Assembly (NCBI GenBank): GCA_023700825.1
Contig: JAMPYE010000003.1
Location: forward strand, 1 to 36,178
Direction of reading: 5' to 3'
Length of the DNA stretch: 36,178 bases
Source of the DNA: Thermoanaerobaculia bacterium
Lineage (GTDB): Bacteria; Acidobacteriota; Thermoanaerobaculia; Gp7-AA8
A program made the position numbers and the translations under genes. Position 1 is the first letter of the stretch, and each line of letters begins with the position of its first letter. The notes under the pieces were generated by a model that saw only the letters and a list, made by a program, of their open reading frames with translations, was not told the origin of the DNA and made no database searches. Below are positions 1 through 9,062 of this stretch, one piece after another.

Positions 1-1692
1 GACCCGTTCGGATTCATGCACGAGAATCCGCCCGACACGGCCTCGGTCGTCTGGGATCTCGACTACACCTGGAACGACTCGGCCTGGATGGAACGCCGTG
101 CGGCGTCGGCGCCGCTCAACGAGCCGATGTCGATCTACGAGATCCACCTCGGGTCGTGGAGGCGCGTGCCGGAGGAAGGGGAGCGGTTCCTGACCTACCG
201 CGAGCTCGCCGAAGCGCTCCCCGCCTACGTGAAGCAGATGGGGTTCACGCACGTCGAGTTCATGCCGGTCATGGAGCATCCTTTCTACGGGTCGTGGGGC
301 TACCAGGCGACCGGTTTCTTCGCGCCGACGAGCCGCTTCGGCACGCCGCAGGATCTGATGTACCTCGTCGACCGGCTCCACCAGGAAGGGATCGGCGTGA
401 TCCTCGACTGGGTGCCGTCGCACTTCCCGACCGACGGACACGCGCTGGCCTACTTCGACGGCACGCACCTGTTCGAGCCGGCCGATCCGCGGCGCGGTTT
501 CCATCCCGACTGGAAGAGCATGATCTTCGACTACGGCCGGCCCGAGGTCTGCTCGTTCCTCACGAGCAGCGCGGTCCACTGGCTCGAGAATTTCCACGCC
601 GACGTCCTGCGCGTCGACGCCGTGGCGTCGATGCTGTATCTCGACTACTCGCGCCCCGCGGGGCAATGGATCCCCAACAAGTACGGCGGACGGGAGTACC
701 TCGAGGCGATCACGTTCCTCCGGAAGCTGAACGAGGCCGTCTACGCCGAGATCCCCGGCGCGCAGACGATCGCCGAGGAGTCGACGGCGTGGCCGCACGT
801 GTCGAAGCCGACCTACGTCGGCGGGCTCGGGTTCGGCTTCAAGTGGGACATGGGCTGGATGCACGACACGCTGAAGTACATGGCGGAAGACCCGATCGCC
901 CGCAAGTATCACCACAGCAAGCTGACCTTCAGGCAGATCTACGCGACGAGCGAGAACTTCGTGCTGTCGCTCTCGCACGACGAGGTCGTGCACATGAAGG
1001 GGTCGCTGCTCGGCAAGATGCCGGGTGACAAGTGGAAGAAGCTCGCGAACCTGCGCCTGCTCTACTCGTGGATGTACGCGCAGTCGGGCAAGAAACTCCT
1101 CTTCATGGGCAGCGAGATCGCTCAGTCGCGCGAGTGGAACCACGACGAGAGTCTCGACTGGCATCTGCTCGAGGATCCGGGTCACGCCGGCGTCCAGCGA
1201 TTCGTGCAGGATCTGAACGCGCTCTACCGCTCGCAACGCGCGCTGTGGGAGATGGACACGCTGCCGCAGGGCTTCGAATGGATCGACTGCAACGACTGGG
1301 AGCAGAGCATCGTAGCGGTGATGCGCCGCGGGGAGACGCAGGGCGAGGAGATCATCGCGGTGCTGAACTTCACGCCGGTCGTCCGCTACGACTACCGGGT
1401 CGGCGCGCCTCGCGCCGGAACGTGGACAGAAATCCTCAACAGCGACGCCGACACCTACGGCGGCAGCGGCATCGGGAACATGGGATCCGTCGTCGCGACC
1501 GAGCAGGCGCATCACGGGCGGCCGGCGTCGATGAGCGTGACGCTTCCGCCGCTCGGCGCCGTGTTCTTCAGAAATTTCGAGCCGATGCCGGAGGATGAGC
1601 GGGGACCGTTCGGACCCTCGTCGGAAGGCGGGCCGGAAGCTCCGGCGAGGCCGGCGAAGAGAGGGGCGAAGAAACCCTCGAAGAAGAAGTAG
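1..1692 (+). CDS. glgB: 1,4-alpha-glucan branching enzyme (GH13), 5'-truncated by the window edge
   Basis: Frame is open from base 1 (DPFGFMHE...). GH13 branching-enzyme motifs [30 protein letters not shown] (nucleophile), IAEES (acid/base), [13 protein letters not shown]. Confidence 0.97.
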   Translation, partial: DPFGFMHENPPDTASVVWDLDYTWNDSAWMERRAASAPLNEPMSIYEIHLGSWRRVPEEGERFLTYRELAEALPAYVKQMGFTHVEFMPVMEHPFYGSWGYQATGFFAPTSRFGTPQDLMYLVDRLHQEGIGVILDWVPSHFPTDGHALAYFDGTHLFEPADPRRGFHPDWKSMIFDYGRPEVCSFLTSSAVHWLENFHADVLRVDAVASMLYLDYSRPAGQWIPNKYGGREYLEAITFLRKLNEAVYAEIPGAQTIAEESTAWPHVSKPTYVGGLGFGFKWDMGWMHDTLKYMAEDPIARKYHHSKLTFRQIYATSENFVLSLSHDEVVHMKGSLLGKMPGDKWKKLANLRLLYSWMYAQSGKKLLFMGSEIAQSREWNHDESLDWHLLEDPGHAGVQRFVQDLNALYRSQRALWEMDTLPQGFEWIDCNDWEQSIVAVMRRGETQGEEIIAVLNFTPVVRYDYRVGAPRAGTWTEILNSDADTYGGSGIGNMGSVVATEQAHHGRPASMSVTLPPLGAVFFRNFEPMPEDERGPFGPSSEGGPEAPARPAKRGAKKPSKKK

Positions 1693-1720
1693 GAGGCGAC
1701 AGGTGAAGGGAGACCTCGTG

Positions 1721-2191
1721 ATGGCGATCGACGCGAGCGGGTTCAAGAAGGCGATGAGCCGCTGGGTGAGCGGGGTCACGGTCGTGACCGCCGAGCACAA
1801 CAGCGTCCGGCACGGAATGACAGTCAGCTCGTTCTCTTCCGTGTCGCTCGACCCGCCGCTCGTACTGATTTGCATCGGCAAGGCGGCGCCGACGCACGAC
1901 ACGATCCGGAAGGGTGAAAGGTTCGTCGTCAACGTTCTCGCCGAAGGCCAGGAGGCAATCTCGATCCGCTTCGCAACGAAGCACGACGACCGTTTCGAGG
2001 GCGTCGCGGTGCACGACGGCCAGCTCGGTGTGCCGATGATCGACGGTTGTGTTGCGTCGATCGAGTGCCGACTCTTCGAGACGCTGCCCGGCGGCGACCA
2101 TACGATCTTCGTCGGCGAGGTGGTCAACGCAGAGCTCGCTGACGGATCCCCGCTGCTTTACTTCCAGGGCGGTCACCGGAAGATGGCGTAG
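1721..2191 (+). CDS. Flavin reductase-like protein (HpaC/RutF/DIM6-NTAB type), 156 aa
   Basis: ATG 1721 follows GGGAGA. Motifs SGVTVVT, GMTVSSFSSVSLDPPLVLICI and GGDHTIFVGEV are typical of the family. Confidence 0.93.
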   Translation: MAIDASGFKKAMSRWVSGVTVVTAEHNSVRHGMTVSSFSSVSLDPPLVLICIGKAAPTHDTIRKGERFVVNVLAEGQEAISIRFATKHDDRFEGVAVHDGQLGVPMIDGCVASIECRLFETLPGGDHTIFVGEVVNAELADGSPLLYFQGGHRKMA

Positions 2192-2220
2192 CTACGAGCC
2201 TTGCGATCAGCACGCTCACG

Positions 2221-2249
2221 GGCGACCCATCGGGTCGCCTGTTTTTCTT
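2221..2249 (+). terminator. Intrinsic terminator after glgB-flavin reductase
   Basis: Hairpin GGCGACCC-atc-GGGTCGCC followed by TGTTTTTCTT, between convergent genes. Confidence 0.8.
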
Positions 2250-2273
2250 GCCGATGTGAGGCAGAGGCTGCCG

Positions 2274-3158
2274 TTACTTCGGGTCGCGCTGTTTTTCGAG
2301 GCTCTTCTCGAACGCCTGGCGCCAGTAGTCGACGAACTCACGGAACTCGTCCGGCGAGACGAACGGGTTCTCCGTCCCTCCGGCCCTTAGCGCGGCCGCC
2401 TTCTTCGCGAGATCGAAGAACGACCCGTGCGTCGAGAGGAAGATATCGGGCGTCGGGCGGGCCGGATCCGCAAGGTTCCCGAGGCGCTCGAACGTCGCGC
2501 GGTAGTCGTCGACGATTTCCGGATACGAATCGTTGCGGGCCAGCTTGTAGCCTGGCGCAGAGAGGCTCGGCGCAAATACGACGAGAAACTCCCGGTCTCC
2601 CTCGCGGACGCGAGTCGTCCACGTAGTGTTGCCCTTCGTGTGCCCCGGAGTCAGGTACGCGACGAGCGTCGTGCCGCCGGGCGCGAATCCGCCCAGCGTC
2701 ACTCCCTGGCCGTCCAGGAGAATCACGTCGGCGGTGACTGGCGGGTACGCCGCGTCGTCGCCGAATGCGAAGTCGTCGCGCCCGCCGCGCGCGGCGAGCT
2801 CGGCGTCGGCCTTCGAGAGGTAGAGCCGCGCGCCGGTCTTCGCCTTGATCGCGGCGAGCCCGCCCGCATGATCGACGTGGGCGTGGCTGTTCAGCAGGAC
2901 CCGGATCTTCTTCGGGTCGAAGCCGAGCTTTTCGATGTTGCCGAGAATCAACTCCACGTTCTCCTCGAGCGGCGCATCGAGGAGGAAATACCCCTCGGGG
3001 GTCACGATGAGCCACGACGAGAGCTCCGCCGTCCCGACGTAGTAGATGTTGCCGGCAACCCGGAACGGCTCCACGGGGGTGGTCCAACTCTCGGGAATGT
3101 CCATCGCCGCGGCCGGGACGGCGAGGAGAGCCAGGAGCAGCAGTGACTGAAGTTTCAC
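2274..3158 (-). CDS. bla: Subclass B3 metallo-beta-lactamase, exported, about 294 aa
   Basis: GTG 3158 is preceded by AGGAGG. Signal peptide [18 protein letters not shown]3 hallmarks W[18 protein letters not shown], HAHVDH, TPGHTKG and DIFLSTH. Confidence 0.92.
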   Translation of the reverse strand: MKLQSLLLLALLAVPAAAMDIPESWTTPVEPFRVAGNIYYVGTAELSSWLIVTPEGYFLLDAPLEENVELILGNIEKLGFDPKKIRVLLNSHAHVDHAGGLAAIKAKTGARLYLSKADAELAARGGRDDFAFGDDAAYPPVTADVILLDGQGVTLGGFAPGGTTLVAYLTPGHTKGNTTWTTRVREGDREFLVVFAPSLSAPGYKLARNDSYPEIVDDYRATFERLGNLADPARPTPDIFLSTHGSFFDLAKKAAALRAGGTENPFVSPDEFREFVDYWRQAFEKSLEKQRDPK

Positions 3159-3296
3159 GTCGTTCGTCCTCCTGCATGGGATCATCCGTGGTGGAAATGG
3201 CAAAAAGATGACGGAACGGAGGCATTCGCAGGGCTTCGCGACGCCCCGCCGAGACTACCGGAATTCCGCGATCGACGGCCCGGATTTCAACGACCG

Positions 3297-4307
3297 ATGA
3301 CCCCTGTGGACACGCTTGGAAGGCCGCTGCGCGACCTGCGCATCTCGGTGACCGACCGATGCAACTTCCGCTGCGTCTACTGCATGCCGAAGGAGGTCTT
3401 CGGCCGCGACTTCAAGTTTCTCGACCGCTCGCAGATTCTCACGTTCGAGGAGATCGCGCGGCTCGCGGGAGTCTTCGTCGGCCTGGGCGTGGAGAAGATC
3501 CGGATCACGGGCGGCGAGCCGCTCGTCCGCCGCGACATCGAGGAGCTCGTCGGCCAGCTCTCTCGCGTACCCGGCCTCCACGACCTCACACTGACGACCA
3601 ACGGCTCCCTGCTCAGCCGCGCAAAGGCGCAGGCGCTGAGCGATGCCGGCCTCCGTCGCATCACCATCAGCCTCGACTCGCTCGACGACGAAGTGTTCAG
3701 GGTGATGAACGACGTGAAGTTCCCGGTTTCGGTCGTGCTCGACGCGATCGACTCCGCGCTTGCGGCCGGGCTCACCCCCGTCAAGGTCGACACCGTCGTC
3801 CGCCGCGGAATGAACGAGGCGGGCATCGCCGATCTCGCCGGACGTTTCCGAGGAACCGGCGTGATCGTCCGCTTCATCGAGTACATGGACGTCGGGAACA
3901 CGAACGGCTGGCGCATGGACGACGTCGTGCCGGCCTCCGAGGTCGTCGCCCGCATCGCGGAGCGCTGGCCGCTCGAGCCGGTGGACGCGAACTACTTCGG
4001 GGAGGTTGCCGAGCGGTGGCGCTACGCTGACGGCGCGGGCGAGATCGGCATCATCTCCTCGGTGACGCGCCCGTTCTGCGCGAGCTGTACCCGCGCCCGG
4101 CTTTCCGCCGAGGGAAAGCTGTACACGTGCCTCTTCGCGTCGAAAGGGGAGGATCTTCGCGCTCTCCTGCGAGGGGGAGCGAGCGACGACGCGATCGCGG
4201 CCCGCCTCTCGGTGGTCTGGGGCGCACGCGACGACCGCTATTCGGAGATCCGCACTTCGAACACCCCGCGCGGGCCGAAAGTAGAGATGTCGCACATCGG
4301 CGGGTGA
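3297..4307 (+). CDS. moaA: GTP 3',8-cyclase (molybdenum cofactor biosynthesis radical SAM enzyme)
   Basis: [16 protein letters not shown] radical SAM motif, TGGEP, C-terminal CASC-x13-C second cluster and terminal IGG. Confidence 0.97.
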   Translation: MTPVDTLGRPLRDLRISVTDRCNFRCVYCMPKEVFGRDFKFLDRSQILTFEEIARLAGVFVGLGVEKIRITGGEPLVRRDIEELVGQLSRVPGLHDLTLTTNGSLLSRAKAQALSDAGLRRITISLDSLDDEVFRVMNDVKFPVSVVLDAIDSALAAGLTPVKVDTVVRRGMNEAGIADLAGRFRGTGVIVRFIEYMDVGNTNGWRMDDVVPASEVVARIAERWPLEPVDANYFGEVAERWRYADGAGEIGIISSVTRPFCASCTRARLSAEGKLYTCLFASKGEDLRALLRGGASDDAIAARLSVVWGARDDRYSEIRTSNTPRGPKVEMSHIGG

Positions 4308-4373
4308 GCCTCGGGCTCCGCTCCTGCAACCTTTTCGCCCCGTTCCCGTTATTGCTCCACAGGGAGCAACGCC

Positions 4374-4916
4374 ATGAAAAGCTGGGGACGAATCGCACTG
4401 CTGGTCGCACTCGCTGCCTCCGCGGCGCCGGCGGCAAGAGCCTCGGATCTCTGGCTCCACATTCGCGTTGCGGAGACCGGTGCGCATCCCACCACGGTCA
4501 AGGTCAACGTGCCCTTCTCTTTGGTCCAGCGTGCGGCGCCGCTCATCGAGGACGCCCGGATCGACGACGGGGAGATCGCATGGAACGGCGACCACGTCGA
4601 GATCGCCGAGTTGAGAGAGACGTGGCGTGCGCTACGCTCGGGATCGAACCGTGTGACGAAGGACGGAGTGACGTGGGAGCTCACGGGCAAGGGTGCGTCT
4701 GAGGCGCTCGTCGTTCGAGAGACGAAGGGCTCCGGCGCCGTCGAAATGCGCATCCCCGCGGCGCTCGTCGACGCGCTGCTCGCCGATGGTCGCCAGCTCG
4801 ATCTCGTCGCGGCGGTCGACGCGATCTCTCGCCTCGGGTCGGGTGAGCTCGTCGCCGTCGACGAGGACGGAACCCGGGTGCGCATCTGGGTCGACAGGAC
4901 CCCGGAAGCGGAGTGA
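4374..4916 (+). CDS. Exported hypothetical protein, 180 aa
   Basis: GGGAG RBS, clear Sec signal peptide (MKSWGRIALLVALAASAAPAARA), GC3-rich codon usage. No family recognised. Confidence 0.8.
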   Translation: MKSWGRIALLVALAASAAPAARASDLWLHIRVAETGAHPTTVKVNVPFSLVQRAAPLIEDARIDDGEIAWNGDHVEIAELRETWRALRSGSNRVTKDGVTWELTGKGASEALVVRETKGSGAVEMRIPAALVDALLADGRQLDLVAAVDAISRLGSGELVAVDEDGTRVRIWVDRTPEAE

Positions 4917-4925
4917 GGTGACACC

Positions 4926-5393
4926 ATGACGAAAACCCACAAGATCCTGATCGGAATCGCCGCCGGCGTTTGCCTGATGTTCGGCAGCATCGCGTACGCG
5001 GTGCACCACGTGGTGACGAGCCAGGGTGTCGTGTCGATCGACGTGGTGGAGAAGTTTCCCGGCGGCGCGCGGGTGAAGATCCTGGTGCCGGGTGCGCTCG
5101 TGAACTTCTGCCTGTCCTTCCTGCCGATCGCGATTCCTCAAGACGAGCGCGAGAGGCTGCAGGAGGAGCTCGCACGTTACGAGCCGCTCCTCGCGGCCGT
5201 CGTCGACGAGCTGGAGCAGGCGCCCGACATGGTCTTCGTCGAAGTCGAGGACGGGAACGAGCACGTGACGATCGCCAAGCGAGACGGCCACATCGTGATC
5301 GACGTCGAGACCGACGAGGAGGACGTGCGGGTGGAAGTCCCGGTGGCCTCGGTGCGGGCGACGTGGCGCGGAGTGATCGCCCCGATTTCCTGA
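4926..5393 (+). CDS. Membrane-anchored or exported hypothetical protein, 155 aa, apparently related to the upstream gene
   Basis: GAGG RBS, N-terminal hydrophobic helix. Shares a repeated V-x-[VIM]-x-[VI]-P-x-x-[LS]-V motif with 4374..4916. Confidence 0.8.
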   Translation: MTKTHKILIGIAAGVCLMFGSIAYAVHHVVTSQGVVSIDVVEKFPGGARVKILVPGALVNFCLSFLPIAIPQDERERLQEELARYEPLLAAVVDELEQAPDMVFVEVEDGNEHVTIAKRDGHIVIDVETDEEDVRVEVPVASVRATWRGVIAPIS

Positions 5394-5475
5394 ATCACAG
5401 CAGCCGACGCGATTCGCGGCGTACAATACGGCCGCGCGGAACGGGCCCATTCCGTGAGGGCCACCGCGTGAGGAC

Positions 5476-7200
5476 GTGCCGGTGGCAACGCGGAAGAAAA
5501 GCAGCGCAGCCACGCCCGGAAAGCGGTCTTCCGGATCGCCTGGGGCGGGAGCGCGCGGTCGCAAACCGGGTCCCGACGAGGCGGATCTCGCGGTCCTCAA
5601 CGAGATCGCTCGCGTTGCCAGCCTCGACCTCGAGCTGCAGCCGACTCTTCAGAGAATCACCGACGCGCTTGCCCGCCACTTCGACTGGGACACGGTTGCC
5701 TGCGTGCTGGTCGAACAGGAGCGGAATCGCTTCGTCTGCATGGCGCTCACGAGCCGTCTCGCAATGGTCCCCGCGATCGGAGTCCATCATCCGCTTGGAA
5801 CCGGCATCATCGGCGAGGTGGCGAAGCGCGGCCGCGCGGTACTGCTGCGCGACGTCAGGCGGTCAAAGCGATACGTCGCATGGAGCGCGGAGGTTCGCTC
5901 GGAGCTCTGTGTTCCGGTCAGGCACCATGGGCGGGTCGTGGCGGCTCTCAACATCGAGAGTCGCCGCCTCGGCGCGTTCGACGGCCAGAAGGTGCTCCTC
6001 GAGACGATCGCCGAGCAGATCAGCGGAGCGATCGCCAACGCCCGACTCTTCGAGCAGGTGAGGGCGCGGGCCGCCCAACTCGAGATGATCGGAGAGATCT
6101 CCCGGCTCGCCCTCGACGCTGGCGAGTTGTCGGAACTGCTCGAGCGCGTCGTCGGCTTCGTGCAGCGGAACTTCCGCCTGACGGCGACCGCGATTCTCCT
6201 GCTCGACGAACGCGGCGAGAGATTCGAGATCGCGGCGCGGGCCGGGAACGCGCCACAGAACGAGAGGATCGGAGCCTCGTTCCCGCTCGTCGGCGTCGTC
6301 GGACGGGCGATGAGAACGGGGACGTCGCTCCTCGTGAGCGACGTTCGCAGCGATCCGGAATACGTGATGCTCCACCCCGAGGTCGTCGCGGAGCTCGTGG
6401 TCCCCTTCCGCTTCCGCGAGAAGGTACTCGGCGCGCTCAACCTCGAGAGCGACGACAGTGAGGTGTTCTCGGAGGAAACCGTCGCGTTTCTCCAGGCCCT
6501 CGCAAGCCAGATCGCGGGCGGCATCCACATGGCGCGGGTCAACCGCCGCCTGGCCGAGACGAATCGTCTCGTCGAGGAGCGGACGCGCGAGGTCGAGCAG
6601 GTCAATCAGGAGCTCCACCTCTCCAACCAGGTACTGCAACAGCTTTCGACGCACGACGGGCTCACCGGCGTGGCGAACCGGCGACAGTTCGACGAGATCC
6701 TCCTCGTCGAATGGAGGCGCGCGGCGCGGGTCGAGGGTCCGATCGCGCTCGTCATGGTCGACATCGACCAGTTCAAGGCGTTCAACGACACCTACGGGCA
6801 CCAGGCGGGCGACGACGCGCTGAAAGAGGTCGCATATGCGCTGCAGGACTCGGTGCAGCGGGCGGGTGAAGTCACCTCCCGTTATGGCGGCGACGAATTC
6901 GCGATCATCCTTCCGGGGATGCACATCGACGAAGCGGCCCGGCTCGCCGAGGACCTTCGCCAGGCAGTCGAAGGGCGCAAGATCCGTCACGCGAGCTCGA
7001 GCGTGTCCCGGTATGTCACTCTGAGTCTCGGTGTGGCATCGTTGCAGGCCGCGCGTGCGGGATCGGCCGCAGAGCTGGTCGCGGCCGCGGATCGGGCGCT
7101 CTACTCGGCCAAGTTCGCGGGCCGCAATCGCGTAGAAGTCGAAAAGGATCGCGGGCCGGATCGCAGGCTGTCGGTGATCGGCGGGGGGAAGGTCGAATGA
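5476..7200 (+). CDS. Diguanylate cyclase with two GAF domains and a coiled coil (GAF-GAF-GGDEF)
   Basis: Two GAF repeats (GIIGEVA...SELCVPV...ALNIES; GVVGRAM...AELVVPF...ALNLES), then DGLTGVANRR, DIDQFKAFNDTYGH and RYGGDEF. Exact start (GTG 5476) uncertain. Confidence 0.93.
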   Translation: MPVATRKKSSAATPGKRSSGSPGAGARGRKPGPDEADLAVLNEIARVASLDLELQPTLQRITDALARHFDWDTVACVLVEQERNRFVCMALTSRLAMVPAIGVHHPLGTGIIGEVAKRGRAVLLRDVRRSKRYVAWSAEVRSELCVPVRHHGRVVAALNIESRRLGAFDGQKVLLETIAEQISGAIANARLFEQVRARAAQLEMIGEISRLALDAGELSELLERVVGFVQRNFRLTATAILLLDERGERFEIAARAGNAPQNERIGASFPLVGVVGRAMRTGTSLLVSDVRSDPEYVMLHPEVVAELVVPFRFREKVLGALNLESDDSEVFSEETVAFLQALASQIAGGIHMARVNRRLAETNRLVEERTREVEQVNQELHLSNQVLQQLSTHDGLTGVANRRQFDEILLVEWRRAARVEGPIALVMVDIDQFKAFNDTYGHQAGDDALKEVAYALQDSVQRAGEVTSRYGGDEFAIILPGMHIDEAARLAEDLRQAVEGRKIRHASSSVSRYVTLSLGVASLQAARAGSAAELVAAADRALYSAKFAGRNRVEVEKDRGPDRRLSVIGGGKVE

Positions 7201-8945
7201 AGTTAGGCAGGTTGACAGGCTACGTTTCCGTGGTGCGGGCGCTTCTTTGCGCAGTAGTGGTGCTCGGTGTCGCGCTGCGAACGGAGGCCCAGGTGGACCG
7301 GGTCACCGGGAGATCATTCGCGACTCGCTCCGAGGTCATCGCGAAGCACGGGATGGCGGCCACCAGCCAGCCGCTCGCGACGCAGATCGCGATCGACATC
7401 CTGAAGAAGGGGGGCTCGGCGGTCGACGCTGCCATCGCAGCGAATGCGGCGCTCGGCCTCATGGAACCGACCGGCAGCGGCATCGGTGGCGATCTCTTCG
7501 CGATCGTGTGGGACGCGAAGAGCGGAAAGCTTCACGGACTCAACGCGTCGGGACGTTCCCCGAAGGCGCTCTCGTACGATCAGATGAAGGCCGAGCTCGA
7601 GAAACTGGGGCGCGGGACGATTCCGCCACACGGCGTGCTTCCGGTCTCCGTTCCCGGCGCCGTCGACGGCTGGTTCGAGCTGCATGCGAAGTTCGGCCGG
7701 CTGCCGATGAAGGACGTGCTCGCGCCGGCGATTGCCTACGCCGACGAGGGCTTTCCCGTCTCGGAGCTCATTGCCTACTACTGGCAACGAAGTGTGCCGG
7801 TGCTCTCGAAGCAGCCCGGGGGGTTCCGTGACACGTACTCGGTCAACGGAGCCGCGCCCGGCAAAGGCGACCTGTTCCGCAACCCCGATCTCGCGCGGGT
7901 GTACAGGCTTCTCGTCTCGAAGGGGCGCGACGGCTTCTATCGCGGCGAGACCGCGGAGCGCATCGACCGGTTTTTCCGCGAGAACGGCGGCTACCTCCGG
8001 CGCGAGGATCTCGAGGCGCACCGCTCGGAGTGGGTCGAGCCGGTAAGCGTCAACTATCGTGGCTACGACGTGTACGAGCTTCCGCCTAACACGCAGGGAA
8101 TCGCCGCGCTCCAGATGCTGCAGATCCTCGAGGCTTACGACCTTGCGTCGATGGGGTTCAACAGCCCCGAGGCGCTGCACCTGATGATCGAGGCGAAGAA
8201 GATCGCGTTCGAGGACAGGGCGCGTCATTACGCCGATCCCGACTTCTCGAGAATCCCGCTCGAAGGGCTCCTGTCCGACGAATACGCGGCGGAGAGGCGG
8301 AAGCTGATCGATCCGGCTCGCGCGCAGCGGCGTATCGCCTCGGGCAATCCGAAGATCGACGAGGGCGACACGATCTATCTCACGACGGCCGATCGCAACG
8401 GCAACATGGTTTCGCTCATCCAGAGCAACTATCGCGGGATGGGCTCGGGCATCGTCGTGCCGGGGCTGGGCTTCGGCTTCCAGGACCGCGGCGAGCTGTT
8501 CACGATGACGCCCGGGCACCCGAACGTCTACGCGCCTGGCAAGCGGCCGTTCCACACGATCATCCCGGCCTTCGTGACGAAGAACGGCGAGCCGTGGCTC
8601 AGCTTCGGACTGATGGGCGGCGCGATGCAGCCGCAGGGGCACGTGCAGATCGTCGTCAACCTGATCGACTTCGGGATGGGGCTTCAGGAGGCCGGTGACG
8701 CGGCGCGCTGGCAGCACGAGGGCTCCTCGGAACCGACTGGCGAAGAGATGACGGACGGTGGCTTCGTGTACGTCGAGTCAGGGGTGCCGTGGGAGGCCGT
8801 GCGTGCGCTGAAGGCGAAGGGGCACGACGTGCGCACCGACGTCGGCGGCTATGGCGGATACCAGGCGATCATGCGCGACGCGAAGCGCGGGGTGTACTTC
8901 GGGGCGTCGGAATCGCGGAAGGACGGACAGGCCGGCGGCTATTAG
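7197..8945 (+). CDS. ggt: Gamma-glutamyltransferase family protein (Ntn hydrolase), exported
   Basis: GGSAVDAAIA, EPTGSGIGGDLF, VSVPGAVDGW, autoprocessing site GD|TIYL, PGKRPFHTIIP, GGAMQPQG and N-terminal signal peptide. ATGA overlap with the DGC stop. Confidence 0.95.
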   Translation: MKLGRLTGYVSVVRALLCAVVVLGVALRTEAQVDRVTGRSFATRSEVIAKHGMAATSQPLATQIAIDILKKGGSAVDAAIAANAALGLMEPTGSGIGGDLFAIVWDAKSGKLHGLNASGRSPKALSYDQMKAELEKLGRGTIPPHGVLPVSVPGAVDGWFELHAKFGRLPMKDVLAPAIAYADEGFPVSELIAYYWQRSVPVLSKQPGGFRDTYSVNGAAPGKGDLFRNPDLARVYRLLVSKGRDGFYRGETAERIDRFFRENGGYLRREDLEAHRSEWVEPVSVNYRGYDVYELPPNTQGIAALQMLQILEAYDLASMGFNSPEALHLMIEAKKIAFEDRARHYADPDFSRIPLEGLLSDEYAAERRKLIDPARAQRRIASGNPKIDEGDTIYLTTADRNGNMVSLIQSNYRGMGSGIVVPGLGFGFQDRGELFTMTPGHPNVYAPGKRPFHTIIPAFVTKNGEPWLSFGLMGGAMQPQGHVQIVVNLIDFGMGLQEAGDAARWQHEGSSEPTGEEMTDGGFVYVESGVPWEAVRALKAKGHDVRTDVGGYGGYQAIMRDAKRGVYFGASESRKDGQAGGY

Positions 8946-8948
8946 CCC

Positions 8949-9062
8949 AATCGAGAATTGAGAATCGGGAATTGAGAAATGGCGGTCATCGCGGGGAGTT
9001 GAATCGATGATCGAAAACGGAGAGGTTTCGGTCTCTCAATTCTCGATTCCCACTTCTCAATT
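8949..9062. repeat. Inverted pair of tandem heptamer arrays (consensus AATYGRG x4 and its reverse complement x4)
   Basis: 8949-8976 reads AATCGAG AATTGAG AATCGGG AATTGAG. 9035-9062 reads CTCAATT CTCGATT CCCACTT CTCAATT. Spacer is 58 nt, and the element lies between convergent stop codons. Confidence 0.85.

Noticed and set aside
595-705. GlgB deviations HADVLRVD (usually G) and GGREYLEA (usually N) as signs of pseudogenisation
   Set aside because: The frame and catalytic D/E/D residues are intact. Each is a single-base difference that could be natural variation or sequence error.
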